From Squalus acanthias (taxonomy: Eukaryota), in contig CM059432.1 of the NCBI GenBank assembly GCA_030390025.1, forward strand, positions 66,652,001 through 66,716,000: a DNA stretch of 64,000 nucleotides, given 5' to 3'. The position numbers and the translations under genes were made by a program. Positions 1-12,908 of this stretch are shown here, piece after piece. Under the pieces are notes generated by a model, which was given only the letters and a program-made list of their open reading frames with translations, was not told the DNA's origin and made no database searches. Positions within the stretch are counted from its first letter, which is position 1, and each line of letters begins with the position of its first letter.

Positions 1-1590
1 TGCCTTTATTATTTCTCATCTCTACCCAAACCGCGTCTACATCCTGGTTTCCTGAACTTAGATCATCCCTCTCTATTGTGCTAATACCATCATTAATTAA
101 CAGAGCCACCCCTCCAACTTTTCCCACCTTCCTGTCCTTCCTAAATGTCATGTACCCTTCAATATTCAGGTCCCAATCTTTGTCATCCTGCAGCCATGTT
201 TCTGTAATGGCTATCAGATCATATTTATTTATTTCTATTTGCGCTATCAGTTCATCTGTTTTGTTTTGAATGCTACGTGCATTCAGATTCAGAGCCTTTA
301 GTTTTGTCCTTTTATTATTTTTGTAACCTCTAGCCTTATCTGTTGATTTACTCTTAGATTTGTACTCTCTATCCCTTCCTGTCACAGTCCGTTTATCATT
401 TCCCATATTAATACCTTCCTCTATTGCCTTGTCTGTAATCTTTGAATTACCACATCTTCCCAAATTTGATCCCATGCCCCCAATATTTAGTTTAAAGCCC
501 TCTCTACCGCCCTAGTTATACGACTCGCCAGAACACTGGCCCCAGCACGGTTCAGGTGAAGACTGTCCCAACGATACAGATCCCACTTTCCCCAGTACTG
601 GTGCCAGTGCCCCAGGAATTGAAACCCATTTCTCCCACACCAGTCTTCGAGCCACGCATTCATCTCTCTAATTTTATTTACCCTATGCCAATTTGCTCGT
701 GGCTCAGGTAATAATGCAGACATTATTACCCTTGAGGTTCTGCTTTTTAATTTAGCCCCTAGCTGCTCATACTCTCTCAGCAGAACCTCTTTCCTAGTTC
801 TACCTATGTCGTTGGTACCTACATGGACCACGACCACTGGCTCCTCCCCCTCCCACTGCAAGTTCCTCTCCAGCCCAGAGCAGATGTCCCGAGCCCTGGC
901 ACCGGGCAGGCAACACAGCCGTCTGGACTCTCGCTCTTGGCCGCAGAGAACTGTATCTATCCTCCTGACAATGCTGTCCCCAATTACCACTACATTCCTA
1001 TTAACTCCCCCCGCTTGAATGGCTTCCTGTACCTCGGTGCCATGGTCAGTTTGCTCATCCACCCTGCAGCCAACGCTTTCATCCATACAGGCCGCAAGAA
1101 CCTCAAACCTATTGGACAATTGCAAAGGCCGAGGCTCCTCCACCTCCTGGGTCCCCATACCTGCCTCACTCGCAGTCACATCCTCCTATCCCTGACCACT
1201 GACCAAATCAGAAGACCTAAGACCTAAGGGGTGTGACTGCCTCCTGGAATAAAGTGTCCAGGTAACTTTGCTCCTCCCTGATGCATCGCAGAGTCGGCAG
1301 CTCGGCCTCCAGCTCATCAACTCTGAGCCGAAGCTCCTCGAGCTGCAGACACTTACCGCAGACATGTTCATCCTGGATTACACTGGTGTCCAGGAGCTCC
1401 CACATACTGCAGTCACAACACATCACCTGCACTGCCATCTTTATTGAGTCTTAATTAATTTATTTTTATAAATAAATAATTAACAAACCCTACTACACCT
1501 ACTAAGATTTATTACTGCTAGTAAACTAGTACTAATGAAACCTTACAATTACTAATAAATTTCCTGGGCTTTAAAAGTAGTCATTTAGTA
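1..1590 (-). mobile_element. CR1 LINE 5' part (5' UTR, ORF1, start of ORF2 AP-endonuclease), running off the left edge
   Basis: Minus strand near 290-180 reads LNLNARSI...IAITETWLQ (EN N-terminus). ORF1 lies upstream and is homologous to the CR1 at 28347. Confidence 0.9.
487..1438 (-). pseudogene. CR1 ORF1p (CxxC/CxxC zinc finger, coiled coil, SGNH esterase), frameshifted near 1215
   Basis: ORFs 1217..1438 (CCDC...CGKC) and 487..1179 (GDSI, PGA, GTND, DSLH) are collinear with ORF 28347..29135. Confidence 0.9.
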
Positions 1591-3763
1591 CCTCAGCCAT
1601 ACCCTCTGTCTCCATGCGTAGGTCTCCTTTTTGGTCCCTAATCGGCCCCACCCCTCCTCTTTGTACCCATTTACTATTTATATGCCTACAGAAGACTTTT
1701 AGATTCCCTTTTATGTTAGCTGCCAGTCTATTTTCATCATCTCATTGCCCCTCTTATTTTCTTTTTCACTTCCCCTCTGAACTTTCTATATTCAGCCTGA
1801 TTCTCACTTGTATTCTCAAGTGTACAATATTGTACGCCCCCTTTTTCTGCTTCATCTTACTCTCTATTTCTTTCATCATCCAGGGAGCTCTGGCTTTGGT
1901 TGCCCTACCTTTCCCATTCATGGGAATGTACCTCGACTGTAGCCAAACCATAACCTTTTTAAAGTCAGCCCATTGTTTGATTACAGTTTTGCCTGCCAAT
2001 CTTTGATTCAAATTTACCCGGGCCAGATCTGTCCTCAATTGGCCCTCCTCCAATTAAGTATTTTTACTCTAGATGGGTCCCTGTCCTTTTCCATAGCTAA
2101 TCTCAACTTTATGATACTATGATCACTGTTCCCTAAATGTTCCCCTACTGACACTTGCTTCATTTGCATTACCTCATTCCCCAGAACCACATCCAGCAAT
2201 GCCTCCTTCCTCATTGGGCCAGAAAGATATTGAACAAGAAAGTTCTCCTGAACACACTTCAGAAATTCTCCCCCTCCCCCGTTCTGCCCTTTACACTATT
2301 ACTATCCCAGTCTATATTAGGCTAGTTGAAGTCCCACATTATCACTACATTATAGTTCTTGCACCGCTCTGTAATTTCCCTGCAAATTTTCTCCTCTATA
2401 TCCTTCCCACTAGTTGGCGGCCTATAGAGTACACCTAGAGCCCTCCCTCCTGCACCAGCTCTCCAGCTATGCATTCATCTGCTCTATCCTCCTATTTCTA
2501 TACTCACTAGCTCTGGCACCGGGAGTAATGCGAAGAATACTACCTTTGAGATCCTGCTTTTTAATCTCTTTCCTAGCTCCCTAAAATCTGCCTGCAGGAC
2601 CTCATCCCTCTTTCTACCTATGTCGTTGATACCGATATGGATCACAACCTCTGCCTGTTCTCCCTCCCTCCCCTCAGAATGTCCTGCAGCCACTCAGTGA
2701 CATCCTTGACCTTGGCACCAGGGAGGCAACATACCATCCTGGAATCACGTCTACGGCCGCAGAAATACCTATTTGTTCCCCTAACTATTGAATCTCCTAC
2801 CAGTATTGCTTTCCCGATCTTCCTCCTCCCTCCCTGTACAGCTGAGCCACCCGTGGTGCCATGGACATGGCTCTGGCTGTACTCCCCAGAGGAACCATCG
2901 CCCTCACCAATATTCGGTACTGAATACTGGTTAGAGAGTGAGATGCACTCAGGGGACTCCTGCACTATCTGCCTGGTCCTCCTTGTCTGTCTGATGACCA
3001 CCCATTCCATCTGCTTGCACACCCTTATGCTGCGGGGTGACCACCTCCTGAAACGTGCTATCCATGTAGCTCTCAGTCTCACAGATGCACCACAGTGACG
3101 CTAGCTGCTGCTCAAGCTCTGAAACCCAGAACCCGAGCTCCTCCAGCACTTCCTGCACATGTGGTTGTCCAGAACACTGGAAGCATCCTGGAGTACCCAC
3201 ATGGCACAGGATGTGCATTCCACGGGACTGAGGTGCCCTGCCATGCCACTATTTAATAGACTATTAACTAACTTCAGGGAAAAAAACTTAAAACTAAGGG
3301 GGAAAAATTCATGTTCGTTAGCATAGTTGCCAGTGTCACCATCAACTGCTGTTAGCACTGGAAATGGCCGCAATGCTAACCAAGTCAAATTGGTCTGGGA
3401 GACATGGAGATAAGCAGCGCAGCGCTCACCTTCCGTGCAACGCCGTCCTGGTGGCGTTGCTGGAGGGATCCGATACAAAGTTTCTGTCCAGGTCCGGCGT
3501 TACAGCTTCCCACAGCCTCTGTGAGCGAAGCTGTGGAGCTTGCAAGGAATTGTGGGAAATGAAGATGTCTGAGAATTAAAGGGGCCATGCACACTGAAGC
3601 AATTCAAAATAAAAAGCTGTGAATCAATAGATTTTTCAGCTTTTCTGCCTTTTAAAAAATATTCAACATTTAAAAGAAGTTCCAAATGTGAATATTCAGC
3701 TGTTAAAGCTGAATTACCTTCTTAACCTCAACAAATGGGACAACTGTCTCAGCACTAACACAA

Positions 3764-3992
3764 ATGGCTCAGCAAGCCAGGGAAGGGGCTCCCAGGGTAT
3801 CACACGCAGCACTCCAGCTTTGTGCAGCGGCCCAACGCTGCAAGAGCGGCCTCCTACCCTCAGGGGCAAGGAGGCCCTCCAGAAAGAACGATGTGGGACC
3901 ACATCACTAAGGCCTTCACTGCCAGCTGTGTCACCCCCACCACCTGGCTCCAGTGCCAAAAGAAGCTTCATGACCTCAGACCACTGGTCAAG
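3764..3992 (+). pseudogene. Myb/SANT-like (trihelix) DNA-binding exon of the Harbinger accessory gene
   Basis: Reads ...PPERTMWDHITKAFTASCVTPTTWLQCQKKLHDLRPLVK, followed by donor GTCAGT. Homologous to 23475-23709 and 62812-63030. Confidence 0.7.
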
Positions 3993-4326
3993 GTCAGTGA
4001 ACGCATCACAAAACTCTTCTCCTACCAACTGCACCACTAGCCTCACACACTGCTCAATGCACGACCCAAATCACTCACCTACCAACAATCTGCATCAATG
4101 ACGAGGCATATCTCCCATTCCTAGCCTCACCTCATCCTCTTGGAGGAGACGGTGCAGGCCATTCTTGGCAGGGGCATGGCTGAGCCCTTGGCCAGTGACG
4201 GGACTGAAAGGATACAAGATGCTGGTATCCTCGTACGTTATCCTCCTTCTGGCACGCACCTCTTGCTTTCCCGCCCTCCCGTCAGCACAACCCCACCCTT
4301 GTGCCTTCCTCATTTCACACACCCAA

Positions 4327-4460
4327 GAAGTGCAGCCTGCCCAGCCAGTGGGTCAACTAGAAGAGGCAGCCTGCCCAGCCAGTGGGTCAACTAGAAGAGG
4401 CAGCCTGCCCAGCCAGTGGGTCAACAAGAAGAGGCAGCCTGCTCAGCCAGTGGGACAACA
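4327..4460 (+). repeat. 34-bp minisatellite, about 4 copies
   Basis: Unit GAAGAGGCAGCCTGCCCAGCCAGTGGGTCAACTA repeated in tandem. Confidence 0.95.
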
Positions 4461-5817
4461 GGTGGATGATTCCATCCCGGATATCCTAGCATCAAAGGGG
4501 CTGTCTGGGATGGATCCTTCCATCGGATTCCTCCTCTTCGGCTTCCTCCTCTTCTGCGTCGTCGTCTTCTGCATCTTCCTCTTCCCTCTGCAAGTGGATG
4601 CTGTAAATGTGAAATGTCAGCATAAGATGCTGGAAATACTCAGTTGGTCAGGCAGCATGTTGACCTGAGACGTGAACTCTGTTTTTCTCTCCACAGATGT
4701 TGCGTGACCTGCTGAGTATTCGCAGTACGTTCTATCTTCTCAAAGGCCTTCATTTACCATCTGAGCCCTTGCAAGCATTCAGCAGCACTCCCTACACACT
4801 TAAAAACCTTTTCACATCTATTACAGCAAGCCACCACTTCAATAATTCTTTTTAAAAAACAGTCCAAACCGTTAAATTCAAACTTATCTGCATGATGTGT
4901 GTCTCCATTGAAGAGCTGCAGACATTGCCACTGTCAGCCTGCTTGCATGCCAAATTTACCTGGCGTACTTGGGACCCAGCAATGAATTCAGGGCTAGGGT
5001 CGAAGTTCGCGTTGGTGATGTTAAGTCGACGTTGCACGCCGATTGACATCACCACGCCACCATTTTTTTTCCAGGGCGGCAGCGCAAATGGGGAGAGCAA
5101 TATGACGGCCGCCGTGGAACCCACCACCAGCTGGCGAAAGAGGGGCGGCCGCCATTTTATCAGCATTTCATGTCGCGATGGAGTGTCGGTAAGGAGATGA
5201 ATTTCTAGCCCCAAGAGCCTTAAAAGTCGGGCCTACCTTTATCTCCGGTTGCTTCTCTCGTTCTCTTAGTCAAAGTCTTTATTCAAATGATTATTTATAG
5301 TAATATTAATTAATTTATCTGGTTAGGTTAGAGTGAAAAAAGTGCAAATACTCACCCACCAATCACCTACCTGCTGTCCTGTGATATCACTCCTTGTTTT
5401 TTTGGTTTTTCTTTTGGAATTCGCCAGATTTGGACTGCCGCCTCTGATGTCGACTCCTTCCAGGTCCGCGCTATCCTCGGGCCCCACTCTATTTATTCTC
5501 TCTGGCTGCCTCAATTGTTTGGTTTGGACATTCTGAAACATGATGTTTGATATTTGCACATGTTAGATACCTGGCTGACCAAAATAAAATATATATTTTG
5601 GCTTAAACTTCCACTTCCTTATGAGGCCTTATTTTTCAGGATTCACTTTGAAATATCCACTATTTACCACTAACCTCGTCACCTGCCACTTTATCTATCT
5701 TGTCTGACAAAGCCTGGCCCATGTTGGGTGTTATACTTTTTATTTAATGATCTTTGGGGCAATTTCACAAATTTACACTCCTGGCAGGTGAAGCTCTAAC
5801 ACAAGGAATGGATATTC

Positions 5818-6058
5818 TGTTGAGGCTGCCGCGAAACACAAATTAAGGCTGAATCCATGTGTGGAAAACAAGAGACTTTTTTAATACAACTGCATGGTAC
5901 AAAATGGCTGAACAGACTGCTCCCAGAATTCTCTGGAAAAATCCTGAGGCCCCGCCCACTCCTGCCTTAAAGGTAAGGTGCCTTAAAGGGAAGGTGCTCG
6001 ATATATTGTCCACGGACAGAAAAGTGGATAATGCCCATTTAGGTGGCGATCCGACACA
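5818..6058 (-). repeat. 3' LTR of Gypsy copy 1
   Basis: Direct repeat of 9931-10171; 9 substitutions in 241 bp by eye count. Confidence 0.97.
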
Positions 6059-6078
6059 CAGCTCCCCCCAGAATCCGC

Positions 6079-9000
6079 TTAGGAGGTGTGGATGAGATGG
6101 TGCGGCGGTCTGATGGGCCGGCCGGAGCGGTTCTTGTAGGACGCCGGTGGATGTGGAACGGCCGGGCGTGGAGCAGCCGGGTGAACCAGCTTGAGGGCAG
6201 GTCGGCCGCATGGAGGTGGACGAGCTACAGGGACCTGCTCACCAGGCTCCGAGTGTGCTGGCTTGAGTTGGTCAACCGACACTTTTTCGGTCCTGTCGCC
6301 CACTTGCAGGGTGAAAAATTTGTCCCCAGCCTGTAGCACCTTGTAGGGCCTGTCGTACGGGGGTTGAAGGGGTCCGCGGTGGGGGTCGTGCCGGACGAAA
6401 ACAAACCGTGCCTGGTGCAGGCTTAGTGGGACATGTGAGGTGGATTCGCCACGTTGGGCAATGGGCACCGGGGCGAACTGCAGCGCCGGTGAGGCAAAGT
6501 CGTGGCGTTGCTGGTCGGTTGACCAGGGTGTCATGGCGGTGGGCAGGAACTCGCCGGGTACGCGCAGCAGCTGACCGTACACGAGCTCTGCTGCCGATGC
6601 GTGGAGGTCTTCTTTAACCATGGTGCGCAGGCCGAGGACGACCCACGGAAGTCGGTCGGTCCAGGCGCCGTCCTGGAGGCTGGCTCGAAGAGATGCCTTC
6701 AAGGATCTGTGGAACCGCTCACACAGTCCGTTGGCTTGGGGGTGGTACGCTGTGGTGCGGTGAATAGTCACCCCGAGATTGCGTGCGACGGTGGTCCAGA
6801 GTTCAGAGGTAAATTGTGGACCTCTGTCCGACGTCATGTCGAAGGGGACGCTGAACCGTGCGACCCAGGTGCTGACGAAGGCTCTGACGATGTCGGCAGT
6901 GGTGGTAGAGGTCAGTGGAATTGCCTCGGGCCAGCGTGTGGTGCGGTCAACGATGGTCAGCAAGTGCGTGTGGCCTTGCGACGGTGAAAGGTGCCCGACG
7001 ATGTCCACGTGGATGTGGTCGAATCTCCGCGAGGGGACGGTAAACTCCTCGAGGGGTGCTTTCATGTGTTGCTGTACCTTGGCCCGTTGGCAGGCTAGGC
7101 AGGAGTTGGCCCAAGTACGCACATCCTTGCGAAGGCCGCGCCAGACGAAGCGGTTGGCTACCAATTTGATGGATGCGCGGGCGCCGGGGTGGGAGAGGTT
7201 GTGGAGAATGTCGAATACCCGGCGGCGCCAGGACGCTGGGACGACGGGCCGAGGTTGACATAGGGATATGTCGCACTTGACCGTGACTGCGGTCGGGCCA
7301 CAGGCGACGTCGGCCAGGCGTAGCCCTGGGTGGTTGGTGGGTGCGGAGAGCAGATCAGGGTCGGTGATCTGGTCTGCTGCGAGTTGAGCGTAGTCGACTG
7401 CCAGGTGTGTGGCGTGGATGGCGGGGCGGGAGAGGCAGTCGGCTACCACATTGTCTCGGCCGGAGACGTGTTGGATGTCCGTGGTGAACTCGGACACTGC
7501 CGCGAGCTGGCGCTGCTGCCTGGCGGACCAGGGGTCGGTTGTCTTTGCCATTGTGAATGTCAGGGGCTTGTGGTCGACAAACGCAGTGAAGGGGTGGCCC
7601 TCAAGCAAAAACCGGAAATGTCGGACCGCCAGGAACAGCGCGAGGAGCTCGCGGTCGAAGGTGCTGTACTTGACCTCCGGGGGGCGAAGTTGGCGGCTGA
7701 AGAAGGCAAGTGGTTGCCAGGCGCCATCGACCCACTGCTCATACACGGCGCCGACCGCGTGGTCGGAGGCGTCCGTGGTGAGCGCTACCCTGGCATTGGG
7801 CCGTGGGTGCGCGAGCAGGGTGGCGTTGGCGAGCGCGGTCTTGGTGGTGTCGAAGGCGGCGGACGCGTCTGCCGTCCATTCGACCGCCATCTTGCCGCTC
7901 CTGCCCCGGAGGGCTTCATACAGGGGCCTCATGAGGGACGCCGCTTTGGGGATGAAGCGGTTATAGAAATTCACCATCCCGAGGAACTCCTGGAGGCCTT
8001 TGATGGTGGTGGGGCGGGGAAATTGTTGGACGGCCTGCACCTTGGTGGGCAGGGGAATGGCCCCAGCATGGGTGATGTGGTGGCCAAGGAAGTCGATCTT
8101 GTCCAGGCCGAACTGGCATTTGGCTGGGCTGAGGATGAGCCCGTGGTCGCTGAGGCGCCCGAACAGGATGCGAAGGTGTTCGAGGTGTTCCTGCTTGGAG
8201 GAACTGGCTACCAGGATGTCGTCTAGGTAGACGAACAGGAACTTCAGATCCCGAAGGACCGAGTCCATGAGCCATTGGAATGCCTGGGCCGCGTTTTTGA
8301 GGCCGAAGGGCATCCGCAGGAACTCGAACAGGCCGAAGGGGTGATTACGGCCGTCTTGGGGACGTCCGCGGGGTGGACGGGGACTTGGTGGTAGCCGCGC
8401 ACCAGGTCGACCTTGGAAAAGACTGAGCGGCCGGCCAGTCTAGCCGAGAAGTCCTGAATGTGCGGCACGGGGTACCGATCAGGGGTGGTGGCGTCGTTGA
8501 GGCGGCGGTAATCCCCGCAGGGGCGCCAACCTCCGCCTGGTTTGGGGGCGATTTGGAGTGGGGAGGCCCAGGGACTGTTGGAGTGGCGGATAATGCCGAG
8601 CTGTTCCATGGTGGCAAACTCGGTCCGCGCGATCTCCAGTTTGGTCGGGTCCAGCCTGCGGGCGTGGGCATACACTGGGGGGCCTGTTGTGGGGATGAAG
8701 TGTTCCACCCCGTGTTTGGCGGCCTCCGCGGAGAAGTTCGGATTGGTAAGGGCCGGGAATTCGGCCAGGAGTGCCGAGTAGTCATCCGTGGCCCGGGCGT
8801 GGCACTGTGACGCCATGTCGGCGGGTTGACGGGGGGGCCATGGCGCCCAGGATGGGGGACATGGTGTTCATGTCCACGAGGCGGTGACTGGGGATGTCTA
8901 CCAGTAGGCCGTGGGCGCACAGGAAATCTGCGCCGATGAGAGGGGAGAGCACCTTGGCAGTGATGAACTCCCATCGGTAGCGGTGACCAGCGAGGTCGAG

Positions 9001-9890
9001 GGTGACTGTCCGGGTGCCATACGTCCGGATTTCCGAGACGTTAGCAGCAGCCAGCGCCGGTCCTTATTCGCCCTTTTGGATGTCGAGGGAGGAGGCCGGG
9101 ATGATGCTGAGCTGAGCCCCAGTGTCGCACAGGAACCGGCGGCCGGTTTTGTCATCCGTGACGAACAGCAGGGAGCCCGCGTGGCCCACGGCCATCGCGG
9201 GGCTGGTACGGGGGCGGACTTGAAAGAGCAGGGAGGTGTGCACCGTTGTGCCCTGGCGCCGAACCGTGCATGGTAGTAACAGTGGCCCGGGCTAGTGGGG
9301 CGTGAAGGCCCCGTGGGCCTGGTGGCAGGCCCTTGTGGCCGCATGGTGGCCGGTGAGGGGCGCGCCCAGGCATTGGCTGCCAGGTCCGGAGTGACGTCGC
9401 GGCTGGAGTGAGCAGACAGCAGCTTGTCGGACTCATCGGCCAGGGCTTCCAGGTTCGTGAGGCCGGACGCCACGATCGCTGGGCAGATGCTGAGAGGTAG
9501 CTGGCGGATGAACAGCGTGCGGAAGAGGGATCCGGGTGGGCTCTCGTCGGTGAGGGAGAGCATGTGGGAGAGGAGGTCTGACGGTGAGGCATCACCGAGG
9601 CCTGGAAGGTCGAGGAGGTGGCAGTTTCGCTGATATGCCGAGGCCGTAAATTTTTTAAGGAGTGCTGTCTTGAGATGTGCGTACTTGCCTTCCTCTGGTG
9701 GGTTCTGCAGCGCTGTCCAAACCTTCGAAACTGTGGCGCTACCGAGTGATGTGATGAGGTAGTCGTACTGCGTCCCCTCTGTGGTGATGTTTCGCAGCCG
9801 GAAGCGAGATTCAGCTTGGAGAAACCAGGCTTCGGGCTGGTTTTCCCAAAACGCCGGCAGTTTCACGGAAACTGCGTTCGTGTCCGCCAT
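6079..9890 (-). pseudogene. gag-pol: gag-pol polyprotein with three 1-bp frameshifts (near 9196, 8835, 8340); RT C-terminus, RNase H and integrase open from 8313 to 6079
   Basis: Gag CYYHARFGARAQRCTPPC; RT YLDD; RNase H TTDAS...DRELLA; integrase HHCC and D,D35E (HVDIVG, SDRGPQF, NGLCER). Confidence 0.95.
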
Positions 9891-9915
9891 TGCAGTTCTC
9901 GGAATACATTCTGAG

Positions 9916-9929
9916 CGTCGGTGTCACCA
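9916..9929 (-). promoter_or_regulatory. Primer-binding site, tRNA-Trp type
   Basis: TGGTGACACCGACG directly inside the 5' LTR. Copy 2 has TGGTGACCCCGACG, complementary to the tRNA-Trp 3' end. Confidence 0.85.
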
Positions 9930-9930
9930 A

Positions 9931-10171
9931 TGTTGAGGCTGCCGCGAAACACGAATTAAGGCTGAATCCATGTGTGGAAAACAAGAGACTTTTTTAATAC
10001 AACTGCATGGTACAAACTGGCTGAACAGACTGTTCCCAGAATTCTCTGGAAAGATCCTGAGGGCCCGCCCACTCCTGCCATAAAGGTAAGGTGCCTTAAA
10101 GGGAAGGTGCTCGATATATTGTCCACGGACGGAAAAGTGGATAATGCCCGTTTAGGTGGCGATCCGCCACA
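9931..10171 (-). repeat. 5' LTR of Gypsy copy 1
   Basis: Direct repeat of 5818-6058, adjacent to the PBS. Confidence 0.97.
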
Positions 10172-10724
10172 ATTCATTAATTATCCCTCTTCTGTACTGC
10201 TAGCCTGGCTACCATTACTGTTTATCTCATTTTTGTATTAGTTGGTGTGAAGTGATTTTGATCTTTTAACATTTTGAGGTGGGAAAATAGACTTATGGAG
10301 GGTGGCCATGTTTTCATTTGAAAGGGGATTTATGATCTGAAAAGAATTTGAGTACGGAGGACAGTCGGTCCATTCATTTTAATCACTGGAAAATCCTAGG
10401 GATGAATTGACCTTCATGCCCAAATTCCTGATATTCGCTCCTGGTGTGTGAAATCCACGCCAGGAGCACAAATTCATATATAGGACCCTTTAATGTATTT
10501 GAAAAAGGAATCTCGCCTGTTCTATGCAAAATAAATTAAACTAGTGAGAATTTCTTTTACAGATGTAATTTTAATTAAAAATCTAAAAGATAAATTCAAC
10601 AATTCAGGGGTCTCACAAGGAGTCACTAGAAGGGAGCACAGTTATTGCCCTATCTCTGAATGTTCCCAATAATTTAACATAGATATAAGATACATACTGT
10701 GCATAATTCACAGTAGGTCTTCAG

Positions 10725-12190
10725 TTTTCAGCCAATTTGATTCACTCCACATTATGTAAAGAAATGGCTGAGCGAACTGGATACAACAAAGGCTGAGGGC
10801 CCCGACCGCATCCCAGCTGTCGTGCTGAAGACTTGTGTTTCTGAACTAGCCACGCCTCTAGCCAAACTATTCCAGTGCAGCGACAACATTGGCATCTACA
10901 CGACAAAGTGGAAAACTGCCCAGGTATGTCCTGTCCACAAAAAGCAGGTCAAATCCAATCCGTCCAATTACCAACCCACTAATCTACTGTCAATCATCAG
11001 CAAAGTGATGGAAGGTATCATCGAGAGTGCTATCAAATGGCACTTACTCACCAATAACCTGCTCACCGATGCTTACTTTGGGTTGCACCAGGACCACTCA
11101 GGTCCAAACCTCATTACAGCCTTGGTCCAAACATGGACAAAAGAGCTGAATTCCAAAGGTGAAATCAGAGTGACTGCCTTTGACATCAAGGCAGCATTTG
11201 ACCGAGTATGGCATCAAGGAACCCTAGTAAAATGAAGTTAATGGGAATCAAGGGAAAACTCTTCACTGGCTGGAGTCATACCTAGCACAAAGGAAGATGG
11301 TTTTGGTTGTTGGAGGCCAATCATCTCAACCCCAGGACATCGCTGCAGGAGTTCCTCAGGGCAGTGTCCTGGGCCCAAACATCTTCAGCTACTTCATCAA
11401 TAACTTTCTCTCCATCTTAAGGTAAGAGGTGGGGATGTTCGATCATGATTGGACAGTGTTCAGTTCCATTTGCAACTCCTCAGATAATGAAGCAGTCCGT
11501 GCCCGCATGCAGCAAGACCAAGACAACATTCAGGCTTGAGTTCATAAATGGCAAGTAACATTCACGTCACACACATGCCAGGCAATGACCATATCCAACA
11601 AGAGAAAGTCTAACCAGCTCCCCTTGACATTCAATGGCATTTCCATCATTGAATCCTCCACCATCAACATCCTGGGGCTCACCATTGACCAGAAACTTAA
11701 CTGGACCAGCCACATAAATACTGCAGCTCCAACAACACTTAAGAAGCTCGACACCATCCAGAACAAAGCAGCCCGCTTGTTTGGCACCCGATCCACCACC
11801 TTATTCACTCCCTCCACCACCGGCACATCATTTCTGCAGTGTGTGCCATCTAAAAGATGCACTGCAGCAATTCACCAAGACTTTTTGACAGCACTTTACA
11901 AACCCACGACCTCTAAAACCTAGAAGGGAAAGGGCAGTAGGCACATGGGAACACCACCACCTCCAAGTTCCCCTCCAAGTCACACACCATCCTGACTTGG
12001 AAATATAGCGCTGATCCTTCATCGTCGCTGGCTCAAAATCCTGGAACTCCCTCCCTAACAGCACCGTGGGAGGACCTTCACCACACGGACTGCAGCAGTT
12101 CAAGAAGGCGGCTCACCACCACTTTCTCAAGGACAATTAGGGATGGGCAATAAATGTTGACCTTGCCAACGACGCCCACATCCCGTGAAT
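10725..12190 (+). mobile_element. 5'-truncated CR1/L2-group LINE (RT fragment plus 3' end); a different family from the esterase CR1s
   Basis: ORF 10822..11235 reads NYQPTNLLSIISKVME...FDIKAAFDRVWH, then GVPQGSVLGP. Homologous to 47806-49932. Confidence 0.88.
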
Positions 12191-12908
12191 GATTGTCTAC
12201 TTCTTTTTACATTTACAAAAGGAAATAACATAAAGATATATTTAGCCCATGCGCCCTTTGAGGATCAGTGAACCTTTCCTATAATCTATTGAAATTAGTA
12301 CATTTTATTTTGTGCTTCTCATAAATATTTTCCTATTCTGCATTTTAACAGTGGTTATCAAGACTCAAACTTGTGGTAAAAAATTCAAGGAATGTTGTCA
12401 CTTTCTATTGCTATTGCTCAAACTTTATTCTCATTTTTTTCATGAATCTTTACACACACAGGAAAATCTAGCTCTTAGAATGCCAGATGGCCCTCAACTT
12501 ACATTATTCTGTGCTCGTTAATCTAATGAAATCCTAAATGTTCCTAGGATTCTTAACTACAAATATGTCTGCAAATTTAAAATTTATTCAGCTTTCATTG
12601 GCAAATTGCTTGTAATTCATCAATACAATGCTTAATCAGATAAAGATGAAAATACCTCAATAAAAACCTGAGAGTACACATTGTTTGTAGATATGTCTGA
12701 AAGCTCCATTCAGGAGAAACTGCTGTAAAAGACTGGAAAATTTTCCAAACCTTTCCAAAGAATGCTCATTTCAGAATTCAGTGCAGGAGTAAAGATAGCC
12801 CATGCTAACTGTCTCATATCACATTTGTTTCAGAAACAGTGATTGAAATTTGGTGAGTGCTAGCTTAGGTCTTAATACAGTGCAGCAGAGGTGATCTGTA
12901 AACACTTT

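Larger units (their letters stand above)
3298..5211 (+). mobile_element. Non-autonomous PIF/Harbinger derivative (Myb/SANT remnant, transposase C-terminal tail, captured Penelope terminus)
   Basis: Termini GGGGGAAAAATTCAT / ATGAATTTCTAGCCC with TSD TAA/CAA. Collinear with 60488-63460 in reverse. Confidence 0.8.
1590..5500 (-). mobile_element. Second CR1 subfamily copy: ORF2 EN/linker fragment 1590-2436, ORF1 2437-3245, 5' UTR resuming at 5215-5500 after a Harbinger-type insertion
   Basis: ORFs 1766..2053, 2484..2693, 2642..3082 and 3101..3245 match the CR1 at 55210-58700. The 5345-5390 motif matches the 5' UTR motif of CR1-B at 24670-24715. Confidence 0.8.
5818..10171 (-). mobile_element. 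Full-length Ty3/Gypsy LTR retrotransposon, CsRn1/Kabuki-like (copy 1)
   Basis: 241-bp LTRs with TG...CA ends, 4-bp TSD ATTC (5814-17, 10172-75), tRNA-Trp-type PBS, PPT, and gag-PR-RT-RH-IN order. Confidence 0.97.

Noticed and set aside
4327..4460. CRISPR-like 34-bp repeats
   Set aside because: No spacers, eukaryotic transposon context and no cas genes; a minisatellite.
6408..9633. Long antisense and alternate-frame ORFs over the Gypsy elements (also 42567-45920)
   Set aside because: Expected by-product of GC-rich coding sequence; no recognisable domains.
10437..10468. Hairpin GCTCCTGGTGTG...CACGCCAGGAGC as an ncRNA
   Set aside because: Isolated stem, probably a decayed MITE interior; no other support.
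12691..12852. Possible host exon (TTTGTAG acceptor ... GTGAGT donor)
   Set aside because: Stop codons in all three frames and no recognisable protein; a non-coding exon cannot be excluded.
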